A DNA stretch of 64,000 nucleotides, from contig CAWFKH010000004.1 in assembly GCA_963816355.1 (NCBI GenBank), forward strand, positions 160,001 to 224,000. The letters run 5' to 3'. Position 1 is the stretch's first letter; every line of letters begins with the position of its first letter. Positions 1 to 11,774 of the stretch are shown piece after piece. The notes below the pieces were generated by a model, which did no database searches, was not told the origin of the DNA, and saw nothing but the letters and a program-made list of their open reading frames with translations. The DNA is from an uncultured Gemmatimonadales bacterium. GTDB lineage: Bacteria; Gemmatimonadota; Gemmatimonadetes; Longimicrobiales; RSA9. Made by a program: the position numbers and the translations under genes.

Positions 1-297
1 GAGCGCGGCGATGCGGGTCCACAGTCCGAGCACGAGGAAGACCGGCGCGACGAGCTCGGCGATGTAGGTGCCGTAGGCGAGGAAGTAGGGCAGCCCGGCG
101 CTGCCGAGCGGCCCCGCGATCCAGGCGACGCCGTGGCTCAGCTTGAAGACGCCGTGGAAGAGGAGGATGGCGGCGAGGCCGAAGCGGAGCACCAGCCTGC
201 CCGCGTCGTCGGCGATGGTGCCGCCCGCGGCGAGGCCGCGGGCGCCACCATCCCGCTGGGGAAGCGCGGAGTCGAGCGCGTCCCGGTCCGCGTTCAC
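1..297 (-). CDS. DoxX family membrane protein (3' end truncated by window edge)
   Basis: Not in the ORF track. Manual translation from GTG at 297 (GTGA overlap with the DinB stop) gives ...DDAGRLVLRFGLAAILLFHGVFKLSHGVAWIAGPLGSAGLPYFLAYGTYIAELVAPVFLVLGLWTRIAAL, a typical DoxX pattern. Confidence 0.85.
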   Translation of the reverse strand, partial: MNADRDALDSALPQRDGGARGLAAGGTIADDAGRLVLRFGLAAILLFHGVFKLSHGVAWIAGPLGSAGLPYFLAYGTYIAELVAPVFLVLGLWTRIAAL

Positions 298-839
298 GCG
301 CCGTTCCCCTGGCTCGACGGCGGGACCATGCCGTTCATGCGGAGGTAGGTGACCAGGTTGCCGTAGTGCTCCCAGTCGTGGCTGGCGTTGAAGATCAGCA
401 TGCCGAGGCGGCTGGTCTTCTGGCCGAAGATCTCCACCGGCTCCAGCGACTGCGCGTCGCTCATCCCGGAGTAGACGCCGTCGCAGTAGGCGTTGGACGC
501 CTTGAGCGCCGCGACGAGGTCGGCCTTCGACGTCGCCTTCTCGAAGTCCTCCTTGCTCGGGCTCTCCTCGCCCTTCGCCGCCGCGCACATCGTGTACTGG
601 GAGTTCGCTACGTGGCCGATGATCTGGCCGAAGCTGCGCACGCCGGCCGTCGGCGCGTAGCCGTACTTCCCCTCGGGCATCTGCTCCGCCGATTTCGTGA
701 TGTAGCCCTGCACCATCTGGTAGTACGGGCGTGGCGCCGAGGCGCTCGCGTTGCCCTGACCCTGCATGCCGCCCATCGACTGCGCCGCCGCCGGCACCGC
801 CAGCGCCAGCGCCGCCGTCACTGCGAGGATCCGTCTCAT
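294..839 (-). CDS. Secreted DinB/YfiT-family protein
   Basis: ATG at 839 after GGAGG; signal peptide MRRILAVTAALALAVPAAAQ; AEQMPE..Y.Y.P..GVRSFGQIIGHVA and H.WEHYGNLVTYLRMNG motifs. Confidence 0.85.
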   Translation of the reverse strand: MRRILAVTAALALAVPAAAQSMGGMQGQGNASASAPRPYYQMVQGYITKSAEQMPEGKYGYAPTAGVRSFGQIIGHVANSQYTMCAAAKGEESPSKEDFEKATSKADLVAALKASNAYCDGVYSGMSDAQSLEPVEIFGQKTSRLGMLIFNASHDWEHYGNLVTYLRMNGMVPPSSQGNGA

Positions 840-999
840 TGCCTGCCTCCGGTTGGAAGGTCGCGAACGCCGCTCGCACGTGGGACCGGCGGAAGGACCG
901 CCGCCGCACCCCGTACGATACGACTTCCGGCGGCGCCGCGGCCAGGGCCGTGTTCGCGCGGGCGAATCTGCGCTCCCGGCTCCCGCGCCCCACGACCGG

Positions 1000-1893
1000 C
1001 TATCGCAGCCGCTCGCGCAGACGCGCCGCGAGGGCCGCCAACCGGGCCCGCACGCGCTGGCGGCGGGCGGCGCGGCGGAGGGGCGGGTCGTCCGTGAGCT
1101 CGGCGACGCGGGCGTACGCACGCGCGTTGGCGAGCAGGGCGGCGGAGCGCGTCACGCCGCGGGTCGAGCGCCCCTCGTGGATGCGGATGCGGGCGAGCAC
1201 CGCGGGCTCGACCACTGCGGGCGCCGCGAGCGCGAGCCGGAGCATCAGCTCGTAGTCCTCGCGCAGCCGGAGGGCGGGGTCCTCGTCGAACCCGCGCAGG
1301 CGTTCGAACAGCTCCCGCTCGAGCATGACGGTGCACAGCGCGACGGACGCCTCGGTGGTGATCATCGGCAGGGCGAGATCGCCCTCCAGCGCCCTCCAGC
1401 GCCCGCCGCGCGGCGCCGCGGACACGCCGCGTTCGTCGACGTGGTCGTAGCGCGTGTAGCACCAGCGGCCGGGCGCCCGCGCGAGCCGCCGCAGTTGGGC
1501 CTCGAGCTTCGCGGGGCGCCAGAGGTCGTCCGAGTCGAGGAAACACAGATAGCGGCCGCGCGCGGCGCGCGCGCCGGCGTTGCGAACATGCGCGACGTTC
1601 GCGCCGTGCGGGAGGCGGAGCGAGCGCACACGGGGATCGGCGGCCGTCGCCAGCCACTCGGCGGTGCCGTCGCTCGAGCCGTCGTCGACGACGATCAGCT
1701 CGAGGTCCGCGTGCGTCTGCGCGAGAACGGAGGCGACCGCCTCGCGCAGCAGCGGGAGGCGGTCGTAGGTGGGGATGACGACGGAAACGTCCGGTGCGCC
1801 GGGGACGGCCGGCGCAGCGGGGTCGTCCGGTGTGCCGGGGACGGCCGGCGCAGCGGGGTCGTCCGGTGCGCCGGCGCCCCCGCCGCCGCTCAT
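1000..1893 (-). CDS. Glycosyltransferase family 2
   Basis: VSVVIPTYDR, IVVDDGSSDGT, FLDSDD and EDY motifs; ATG overlaps the permease stop (ATGA). Confidence 0.9.
   Translation of the reverse strand: MSGGGGAGAPDDPAAPAVPGTPDDPAAPAVPGAPDVSVVIPTYDRLPLLREAVASVLAQTHADLELIVVDDGSSDGTAEWLATAADPRVRSLRLPHGANVAHVRNAGARAARGRYLCFLDSDDLWRPAKLEAQLRRLARAPGRWCYTRYDHVDERGVSAAPRGGRWRALEGDLALPMITTEASVALCTVMLERELFERLRGFDEDPALRLREDYELMLRLALAAPAVVEPAVLARIRIHEGRSTRGVTRSAALLANARAYARVAELTDDPPLRRAARRQRVRARLAALAARLRERLR
1789..1874. repeat. 36-bp in-frame tandem repeat (about 2.4 copies) in the GT2 N-terminus
   Basis: gtccggtg(c/t)gccggggacggccggcgcagcggggtc x2 plus a partial copy; encodes (A/T)PDDPAAPAVPG. Confidence 0.85.
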
Positions 1894-4310
1894 TCGGCGC
1901 CGAGCGTCTCTCGCGGCTCGACGCGTGTGCCGCGCAGGGAGGAGACGAAGCTGGCGGCCCACGCGGCGGTGCCGAGCACGGCGAGCACGCCGGCGAAGGT
2001 GAGCGGATCGGTTGGACGCACCCCGAACAGGAGGTTCTCCATGATGCGGGTCAGCGCCAGCGCGAGGACGACGCCGGCCGCGGCGCCGAAGCCGGCCGCC
2101 ACCATGTATTCACGCTGCAGCGCGCCGCGCAGCGCGCGCGGCGTGGCGCCGAGCGCGAGGCGGATGCCGATCTCGCGGCGGCGGCGCGCGACCGCGTAGG
2201 CGACGACGCCGTAGACGCCGACGGCGGCGAGGGCGAGCGCGATCGCGGCGAAGCCGAGCACGACGAGGAGCAGGAAGCGGCGCGTGCCGAGCGCCTGCCC
2301 GATGCGCTGCCGGAGCGGCTCGAAGCGCACCGGCACGTCCGAATCGAGGTCGTGCACCGCCTGGCGCACGGCGGGGGCGAGCGCCTCCGGCCGCCCCCGC
2401 GCCGGCTGCAGCACGGCGGTCATGCTGAAGGCGCGCGTCGGCCGTTGCGTGTAGGGGAAGTAGAAGGTGGGCGCGGGCGCGGCCGTGAGGTCGCTCTGGC
2501 GCACGTCGCCCACGACGCCGACGACGGTGGCCCACTTGTCCTGGTTCCAGAAACTGTCCATGCCGCCGCCGGTCATCTGCTTGCCGATCGGGTCCTCGCC
2601 GGGCCACGCCAGCTCGGCGAAGGCGTGGTTGACCACGACGACGTGCGCGGCGCCGGCGACGTCGCGCGGCTCGAAGAGGCGGCCGCGCAGCAGCGGGATG
2701 CGCATGACGCGGAAGTAGTCGGCGTCGGCGAGCTGGTACTCGCCGCTCGCGGTCGGCTGGGGCCCGCCCTGCACCTCCACCTTGCCGTTCGAGGGGCGGT
2801 CCATCGGCGCCATCGTCACGAGACCGGCCGCCTCCACGCCGGGAAGCGCGCGCAGCCGCTCGGAGAGCGCCTCGAAGTAGCGGCGCTTGGCCTCGTCGTC
2901 CGGGTAGCGCGCCGTCGGCGGGTCGACGGTGGCGGTGAGGAGGCCGCTGGTGCGGAAGCCGGGGTCGACGTCGAGCACGGAGCGGAAGCTGCGCAGCAGC
3001 AGGCCGGAGCCGACGAGCAGCACGAGCGCCAGCGCGGTCTCGCACCCGATCAGCCATTTCCAGATCCGCTGCCTGCGCCGATCGGTGCCCCCGCGCGCGC
3101 CACCGCGCAGCGACGCGACCGCGCCGCGCGCCACCCGCAAGCCGGGCAGCAGGCCCGCGACGACCGCCGCGACGAGCGCCACGACGAGCGTGAAGACGAC
3201 GACGCGGAAGTCGAGCCGGATCGCGTCGAGCCGCGGCAGTCCGGGCGGCGCGAGGGCCGGCAGCGTCCGGACGACGATCCAGCCGGCGCCGATCCCGAGC
3301 AGCGCACCGGCGACACTGAGCGCGCCGACCTCCGCGACGACGACGCCGATGAGGCGCCGCCACCCGGCGCCGAGCGCATGGCGCACGGCGAGCTCGTGCT
3401 CGCGCGAGGTGCCGCGGGCGAGCGTCGCGCTCGCGAGGTTGGTGCACGCGACGAGCAGCACGAGCAGCGCCGCACCGAGCAGGATCCAGAGCGGCCGCTG
3501 CACGTCTCCGACGATGGTGTCGCGCAGCGGCGAGACCGCCGCGGCCCGCGGGAAGTACGCATCCTCGCCGGGATCGGAGAGCGCGCCGGGCTCGTCCGCG
3601 AAGTGGCGGGTGATCGCGTCCAGCTCGCCGTCCGCCTGGGCGAGCGTAGCGCCCGGCTTGAGGCGGCCGATGGCGATGTAGTTGTGCGTCGTGCGGTCCG
3701 CCGAGGGCTGTCTCAACTCGACCGGATACCAGATCTGGATGTCGCCCGGGAAGTCGAACCCGGGCGGCATGACGCCGACCACCTGTACGCGGAAGCCGCT
3801 GACCGTCAGCGGATGGGCCGCGAGGTCCGGGTCCGCCCCGAGGTGTGCGCGCCAGAAGGCGTCGCTCACCACGACGACGGGCGCCGCGCCGAAGCGGTGG
3901 TCCTCCGGCCGCAGCGCCCGGCCGCGCTCCGGCACCGCGCGCAGCGTGCGGAAGAAGCCGTCGCTCACGCCGGTCACCCCCGCGCGCAGCGGCTCGGAGG
4001 TGCCGAGCACCGTGGACTCGCCGCCGCGGAAGAAGACGGCCATGCTCTCGAAGCGGGTGGCCGAGCGGCGCCAGTCGTCGAAGTTGTGCCACGCGACCCA
4101 CATCGTGTCCGACTGGCCGTTCACCTCGGCGAGGCGGACGAGACGATCCGGCGCCGGGTACGGGAGCGGCGAGAGGAGCACGCCGCCGACGATGCTGAAG
4201 ACGGCCGTGTTGGCGCCGATCCCCAGCACCAGCGTGATCAGCGCGACGAGCGTGTAGCCGGGCTGGCGCGCGAGCGACCGTAGCGCCACCCTGATCCCGT
4301 GCAGCGACAT
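1890..4310 (-). CDS. Duplicated MacB/FtsX-type ABC permease (ADOP-like orphan permease)
   Basis: 806 aa with LGIGANTAVFSIV, LLVACTNLA, RRREIGIRLALGA; two MacB_PCD/FtsX repeats; no ATPase gene adjacent. Confidence 0.9.
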   Translation of the reverse strand: MSLHGIRVALRSLARQPGYTLVALITLVLGIGANTAVFSIVGGVLLSPLPYPAPDRLVRLAEVNGQSDTMWVAWHNFDDWRRSATRFESMAVFFRGGESTVLGTSEPLRAGVTGVSDGFFRTLRAVPERGRALRPEDHRFGAAPVVVVSDAFWRAHLGADPDLAAHPLTVSGFRVQVVGVMPPGFDFPGDIQIWYPVELRQPSADRTTHNYIAIGRLKPGATLAQADGELDAITRHFADEPGALSDPGEDAYFPRAAAVSPLRDTIVGDVQRPLWILLGAALLVLLVACTNLASATLARGTSREHELAVRHALGAGWRRLIGVVVAEVGALSVAGALLGIGAGWIVVRTLPALAPPGLPRLDAIRLDFRVVVFTLVVALVAAVVAGLLPGLRVARGAVASLRGGARGGTDRRRQRIWKWLIGCETALALVLLVGSGLLLRSFRSVLDVDPGFRTSGLLTATVDPPTARYPDDEAKRRYFEALSERLRALPGVEAAGLVTMAPMDRPSNGKVEVQGGPQPTASGEYQLADADYFRVMRIPLLRGRLFEPRDVAGAAHVVVVNHAFAELAWPGEDPIGKQMTGGGMDSFWNQDKWATVVGVVGDVRQSDLTAAPAPTFYFPYTQRPTRAFSMTAVLQPARGRPEALAPAVRQAVHDLDSDVPVRFEPLRQRIGQALGTRRFLLLVVLGFAAIALALAAVGVYGVVAYAVARRRREIGIRLALGATPRALRGALQREYMVAAGFGAAAGVVLALALTRIMENLLFGVRPTDPLTFAGVLAVLGTAAWAASFVSSLRGTRVEPRETLGAE

Positions 4311-4423
4311 CGAGCCTCCTCCTCAGCGGTGTCTGGGAACCTGCCTCCGGGGTTGGACCGCCACGCCCCGTGAACGGTTGGAAACGGCGCTCCGTTCCTT
4401 CGGGGCCCGGCGCCAGGCCGCCT

Positions 4424-5026
4424 CTACTCCCCTCGCAGCAGCGGCCCGACCAGGCGCGCGTACTCGCGCATCGCCGCGTCCAACTCCTGACGGCGCGCGG
4501 AGCCGCCATGCACCACCCGCATCGCCGCGGGCGGAGCGGGGACCGTGCCGCGCCCCAGCGCGGCGGTGAGACGGAGCGCGAAGGCGTGGGCGTCGCGCAC
4601 CGCCGCCGCGGGGTCCGCATCGAAGCGGTCCCGGATCGCCTGCCACTCCGCGTCGTGGTGGCGCAGCAGCGCGGGGTCGGGCACCGGCTCGTGCGTCGCC
4701 GCGCCGACCTCGTGCGCCGCCGGCGCGTGGGGCGTCGCGGCGGGGGGCGCCGCGGGGGGCGGGGCGTCCGCCTCGCCGCTCGCGTCGTCCGCCTCCGCGA
4801 GCGACGCCGCCGGCTCGGCCGCGGCGGAGGAGGTCGCGTCGCGCGCGCCCGAAAGGGTCGGCATGCGGCGGATGCCGCGCGCCCGGGCCTGGCCGCCGGC
4901 GGCGAAGAAACGGTCGATCAGGGGATCCGCGCGCGGCTTCAGGAGCAGGTAGACGAGCACGACTCCCGCCACCACGAGCAGGAAGACGACGACGACCGAC
5001 AGGAGCTGGACCGTCTCAGGCGACAT
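4424..5026 (-). CDS. Hypothetical single-pass membrane protein
   Basis: N-terminal TM helix, Ala/Pro linker, C-terminal helical domain WQAIRDRFDADPAAAVRDA...AMREYARLV; start uncertain (5026 or 5065). Confidence 0.6.
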   Translation of the reverse strand: MSPETVQLLSVVVVFLLVVAGVVLVYLLLKPRADPLIDRFFAAGGQARARGIRRMPTLSGARDATSSAAAEPAASLAEADDASGEADAPPPAAPPAATPHAPAAHEVGAATHEPVPDPALLRHHDAEWQAIRDRFDADPAAAVRDAHAFALRLTAALGRGTVPAPPAAMRVVHGGSARRQELDAAMREYARLVGPLLRGE

Positions 5027-5195
5027 GGGTCCCACTGCGGAAGGGGGCACCGGGGCACCCGCCAATGGTGCCGGATCGCGGGCCGACCGGCAATGACCTC
5101 GTCGCGGGGGCGATGACGGTCGGCGGCCGCCGATTGCGCAATGCGTTCGACGGCACGCGAGCCGCCATCACTTCCATCGCTCTCCTGGAGGCACC

Positions 5196-5672
5196 ATGAC
5201 CCGACGTACGCTGACCACCGCCCTGCTGCTGCTGGCGACCGCAGGCTGCGGCTCCAGCGCGGACGTGACCGGACCCACGAACGTCACGCTGCAGCACGGC
5301 TCGATGAGCGTGAAGATCGACGGCCAGCAGTGGACCGCGACGACCGGCCTCAGCGCGGGGTTCTCCAACGGGATCCTCGCCGCCGCGGGCGTCGACGGCT
5401 CCGCCACCTCGTTCGCCTTCGGCGTGGCGGCGAGCGGACCGGGCACGTACACCATCGGACCGTCGTCGACGCTCAACGCGATCCTCACGCAGGGCGCCTC
5501 GTCGCAGGCGTGGTCGGCCGTGCTCACGACCGGGAGCGGCACCCTGACGATCAACTCGCTCTCGGCCACGGGCGCATCCGGTACGTTCTCCTTCACGGTG
5601 GCGCCGAACGCCCAGAGCGGTGCCAGCGGCAATCGAACGCTCACGGAGGGCCGCTTCGACCTCACGTTCTGA
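5196..5672 (+). CDS. Putative lipoprotein (beta-rich, DUF6252-like)
   Basis: GGAGG RBS; lipobox-like LATAGC; SGTFSFT...LTEGRF C-terminus. Confidence 0.75.
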   Translation: MTRRTLTTALLLLATAGCGSSADVTGPTNVTLQHGSMSVKIDGQQWTATTGLSAGFSNGILAAAGVDGSATSFAFGVAASGPGTYTIGPSSTLNAILTQGASSQAWSAVLTTGSGTLTINSLSATGASGTFSFTVAPNAQSGASGNRTLTEGRFDLTF

Positions 5673-5675
5673 GGC

Positions 5676-7793
<2,118 letters not shown>

Positions 7794-8005
7794 CCGGTGT
7801 TTCCGGGAGTCCGGACGAGGGCACCGGTGGTACCCGGGATGAGACGTTCCCCTGCAATAGTAGTGAATGCACGGCGTGAAGCGAACGGTACTGGTGGGCC
7901 GCCATTGGCGGAACCTTCGTCTGCGTCGTTAGACTTCGAGAGTGATCGACCGCATGGCCGCCGGGCGCCGAACGCCGGGGGCACCGCTCCAGACCACGCT
8001 ATACG

Positions 8006-9082
8006 ATGAAGCACTGGCACGAGACGCTGGCGATCGCCCGTCGCATTCGTGACGCTTCACAGCCGCGCGACTTCGCGGTCGCCACGGTGGTGCGCATCGA
8101 CGGCTCGGCGTATCGCCGTCCCGGCGCGAAGCTGCTGGTCGACGCGGGCGGCGACATGCTCGGCGCCGTCAGCGGCGGCTGCCTCGAGGCGGACGTGCGC
8201 GAGGTGGGCCTCGCCGCCATGCGGGACGGCCGCTCCTGCACGCGCCGCTACGACACCGGCACGGACGAGGAGACCGTGTGGGGCCTGGGTCTCGGCTGCG
8301 AAGGGCACGTGGAGCTGTACGTGCAGCCGATCACCGAAGCGACGACTCCCGTGTGGCGAGCCGTCGGCGATCTGCTGGAGGGCGAGGACGCCTTCGCGAT
8401 CGCCACCGTAACGGACGGTCCCGGCACGGGCCGCTCCCTCGCCGTCACCACCGCCGGCATCGCCGCCGGCACCACCGGTGAGCCGGATCTAGACGCCGCC
8501 ATCGCACGAGCGGCGGCGGCGCTCATCCCGGCAGGTTCCCCCTCTCTGCAGAGCATCGGCGCGGCGACGCTCTTTCTCGATCTCCTGGTCCCGCCGCCCA
8601 GGCTGGCGATCTTCGGCGCGGGCGACGACGCGATGCCGCTCGCCCGCGTCGCCGCCGGGACCGGGTTCCGCGTCGCCGTCGTCGACCATCGCCCCGCCTT
8701 CCTCACCGGCGAGCGGTTTCCCGCCGCGGCACCGCGCCTGATCCGGCGCTCCGCCGCGGGGCTGGACGGCCTGCCCCTCGGCGCGGACGACGCCGCCGTC
8801 GTCATGATGCACGCGCTCGAGCACGATCGTGAATGGGTCCGCGCCCTCGCCGCCTCGGATGTCGGCTACATCGGCGTGCTCGGGCCGCGGGACCGCATCG
8901 CCCGCATCCGCGACGCCGTCGGAGGCGACGCCGGCGGTCGCATCTACGGCCCCGTCGGCCTCGACATCGGGGCGGACGGCGCGGAGGAGATCGCGCTGAG
9001 CATCCTGGCGGAGGTCCTCGCGGTGCGCTCGCGGCGCGAGCCGCGCCACCTGCGCCAGCGCGCGACGGCGATCCATGCGTGA
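8006..9082 (+). CDS. XdhC/CoxI-family molybdenum cofactor chaperone
   Basis: VATVVRIDGSAYRRPGA, SGGCLE, GLGCEG, YIGVLGP, PVGLDIGA...EEIALSILAE. Confidence 0.92.
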   Translation: MKHWHETLAIARRIRDASQPRDFAVATVVRIDGSAYRRPGAKLLVDAGGDMLGAVSGGCLEADVREVGLAAMRDGRSCTRRYDTGTDEETVWGLGLGCEGHVELYVQPITEATTPVWRAVGDLLEGEDAFAIATVTDGPGTGRSLAVTTAGIAAGTTGEPDLDAAIARAAAALIPAGSPSLQSIGAATLFLDLLVPPPRLAIFGAGDDAMPLARVAAGTGFRVAVVDHRPAFLTGERFPAAAPRLIRRSAAGLDGLPLGADDAAVVMMHALEHDREWVRALAASDVGYIGVLGPRDRIARIRDAVGGDAGGRIYGPVGLDIGADGAEEIALSILAEVLAVRSRREPRHLRQRATAIHA

Positions 9083-9728
9083 TCGCAGCGCGGACGCGCC
9101 GACCGGCCCCGCCGCGACGGCGGGCGTGCTGCTCGCCGCGGGCACCGGCTCGCGCATGGGTCGCAACAAGCTCCTGCTGGAGGTGGAAGGGGAGCCGCTC
9201 GTGCGCCGCGTGGCGCGCCGGGCTCTCGACGCCGGCCTCGGTCCCGTGATCGTCGTCGTCGGATTCGAGGCGGATCGCGTCGTCGCGGCGCTCGACGGGC
9301 TGGCGGTGGAGACGGTGCGCAACGCCGCCTTCGCGCGCGGCGTGGCCGGCTCGCTGCGGCGCGGCGTCGCGCGGGTGCCGGCGCGGTGCGACGCAGCGGT
9401 CGTGCTGCTCGCGGACATGCCGTTCGTGACGAGCGCGATGATCGCCCGCGTCGTCGCGCTCCGCCGCGAGAGCGGAGCGCCGCTCGTCGTCTCGCGCTAC
9501 GGCGAGGCGCAGGCGCCGCCGACGCTGTACGCGCGCGCGTTGTTCGGGGAGCTCACCGGCCGCGACGACGGGGCGCAGGACGCGGCGCCCGGCCCGGGGA
9601 AGCGGGTCGTGCGGAGGCACCGCGCGGAGGCGGTCCGCGCCGAGTGGCCCGCGGACGCGCTCGCGGACATCGACGAGCCCTCCGACTACGACGCGTTCGG
9701 CCGGCGCCTCACCGGAGCCTCTTCGTGA
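9075..9728 (+). CDS. mocA: Molybdenum cofactor cytidylyltransferase (MocA-like NTP transferase)
   Basis: LLAAGTGSRMG.NKLL, LADMP, DIDEPSDY motifs; located in the cox cluster (CODH uses the MCD cofactor). Confidence 0.8.
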   Translation: MRDRSADAPTGPAATAGVLLAAGTGSRMGRNKLLLEVEGEPLVRRVARRALDAGLGPVIVVVGFEADRVVAALDGLAVETVRNAAFARGVAGSLRRGVARVPARCDAAVVLLADMPFVTSAMIARVVALRRESGAPLVVSRYGEAQAPPTLYARALFGELTGRDDGAQDAAPGPGKRVVRRHRAEAVRAEWPADALADIDEPSDYDAFGRRLTGASS

Positions 9729-10858
9729 GGCGGCCGGAGCTGCTCGCGCTGGCCGCGGATCTGGCGCGGCGCGGCGTGCCGTTCGCCATCGCGACGGTGG
9801 TGCGGCGCGAGCCGCCCAGCTCCGCCCGCACCGGCGACAGCGCCCTCATCGCGCGGGACGGCACCTTCCACGGCTGGCTGGGCGGGAGCTGCACGCAGCC
9901 GACGGTGCTGCGCGAGGCCGCCCGCTCGATCGCCGACGGGCGTCCGCGCCTCGTCGCCCTCAGCCCGGAGCCGGACGCCTCGCCGCGTCCCGGCGTCGTC
10001 TCGCTCCCCATGACCTGCCACAGCGGAGGCAGCGTGGACGTCTACATCGAGCCGGTCCTCCCGGCGCCGGCGCTGCTCGTCTTCGGCGCCTCCCCGGTCG
10101 CCCGCGCGCTGGTGCCGATCGCCCGCGTCCTCGACCACGCCGCTTTCGCCGTGGACCCGGACGCCGACGCCGGCGCCTTCCCGCAGGCGGCCCTCGTGGC
10201 GACCGACTACGGCTCCGCCGAGCTCGCCGAACGCCTCGCCGGCCTGGTGCGTCCCGCCGCCGCCGTCGTCGCCACCATCGGCGTGCGCGACGAGGAAGCG
10301 CTCGGCCACGCGCTGCGCATGACCTCCGGCTACGTCGGGCTCGTCGCCAGCCGCCGCCGCTTCGGCGAGATCCGCGAGATCCTCGTCGGGAGCGGCCTCC
10401 CGGAAGAGGACCTCGATCGCGTGAAGTGCCCCGCCGGGCTCGACCTCGGTGCCGTCTCCCCGGCGGAGATCGCGCTCAGCATCATGGCGGAGATCGTCGA
10501 GCGGGAACGGGCGACGACGCCGGAGGAGGGCGCGATGGCCGCGGCGGCGAGCGCGCCTGCCCCCGCCGGGCGCGCGCCGGCGGAGCGCGGCCTGCCGCTC
10601 GCGGGACGGCCGGCCGCGCCGGCCGCTCCGGCCGCGCCTGCGGGCGCCGGCGCCGTGGCGATCGATCCGGTGTGCGGCATGAGCGTCGAGGTCGCGACCG
10701 CGAAGCACCGCGCGGAACACGAGGGCCGCGCCTACGTGTTCTGCTGCGGCGGCTGCCGGGCGCGCTTCGCGGCGGATCCCACGCGCTACCTCGCCGGGGC
10801 GGGCGAGGGAGCGGAAGGCGGGAGCGCTGGCGGCGGCCCGCACGGAGCGCACGGGTGA
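9725..10858 (+). CDS. coxF: XdhC/CoxF-family chaperone fused to a C-terminal YHS domain
   Basis: GTG at 9725 overlaps the upstream stop; GWLGGSC, MTCHSGG, YVGLVASRRR, PAGLDLGA; then DPVCGM...YVFCCGGCRARF (YHS). Confidence 0.85.
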   Translation: MRRPELLALAADLARRGVPFAIATVVRREPPSSARTGDSALIARDGTFHGWLGGSCTQPTVLREAARSIADGRPRLVALSPEPDASPRPGVVSLPMTCHSGGSVDVYIEPVLPAPALLVFGASPVARALVPIARVLDHAAFAVDPDADAGAFPQAALVATDYGSAELAERLAGLVRPAAAVVATIGVRDEEALGHALRMTSGYVGLVASRRRFGEIREILVGSGLPEEDLDRVKCPAGLDLGAVSPAEIALSIMAEIVERERATTPEEGAMAAAASAPAPAGRAPAERGLPLAGRPAAPAAPAAPAGAGAVAIDPVCGMSVEVATAKHRAEHEGRAYVFCCGGCRARFAADPTRYLAGAGEGAEGGSAGGGPHGAHG

Positions 10859-10871
10859 GGAGGGCGGATCG

Positions 10872-11774
10872 GTGAACGCGGAGATCGCGGCGCTGCAGGC
10901 GGAGATGGAGCGGCTCGGCTACATCGCGGAGCCGGAGATCGCCGCGGCGGTGCACCTCGCGCGTCGCATGCGGCGCCCGCTGCTGATCGAGGGCGACGCG
11001 GGGGTCGGGAAGACGGAGCTGGCGAAGGTGCTCGCGGCGCTGCTCGACACGGAGCTGATCCGGCTGCAGTGCTACGAGGGGCTGGACGTCAACACCGCGC
11101 TCTACGAATGGGACTATCCGCGGCAGCTCCTGAAGCTGCGGATGACGGAGCACGCCGGGGGCAACACGGAGGAGCAGGAGCGGGCGATCTTCAGCCGCGA
11201 CCTCCTCCTGGAGCGGCCGCTGCTGCGCGCGATCACGCGCGCCGACGGACCGGCGGTGCTGCTGATCGACGAGATCGACCGCGCCGACGACGGCTTCGAG
11301 GCGTTCCTGCTGGAGATCCTCTCCGACTTCCAGGTCACGATCCCGGAGCTCGGCACGATCACCGCCACGCACCGGCCGTACGTCCTCCTGACGTCGAACC
11401 GCACGAGGGAGATCGGGGACGCGCTCCGCCGCCGCTGCCTCTACCTCTACATCGAGCATCCGACGCTGGAGAAGGAGGTGCGCATCATCCGCAGCCGCGT
11501 GCCGGGCGTCGACGCGGCGCTCGCGGCCCAGGTGGCCACGTTCGTCCAGGGACTGCGCCGGCGCGATCTGATGAAGGTGCCGGGCGCCGCGGAGACGATC
11601 GACTGGGCGGCCGCGCTCGTCGAGCTGCACCGCGACCGCCTCGATGCCGGGACCGTCGCGCTCACGCTCGGCTGCATCCTGAAGGACCGGCGCGACATCG
11701 AGGATCTGGACGACGACGCCGTCGCCGCCCTCCTCGCGCGCTCCGCCGGCGCGGCGGCGGGAGCGGGCGCATGA
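10872..11774 (+). CDS. coxD: MoxR-type AAA+ ATPase CoxD
   Basis: Walker A GDAGVGKT, RLQCYEGLD, LLIDEIDRAD, DALRRRCLY. Confidence 0.92.
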   Translation: MNAEIAALQAEMERLGYIAEPEIAAAVHLARRMRRPLLIEGDAGVGKTELAKVLAALLDTELIRLQCYEGLDVNTALYEWDYPRQLLKLRMTEHAGGNTEEQERAIFSRDLLLERPLLRAITRADGPAVLLIDEIDRADDGFEAFLLEILSDFQVTIPELGTITATHRPYVLLTSNRTREIGDALRRRCLYLYIEHPTLEKEVRIIRSRVPGVDAALAAQVATFVQGLRRRDLMKVPGAAETIDWAAALVELHRDRLDAGTVALTLGCILKDRRDIEDLDDDAVAALLARSAGAAAGAGA

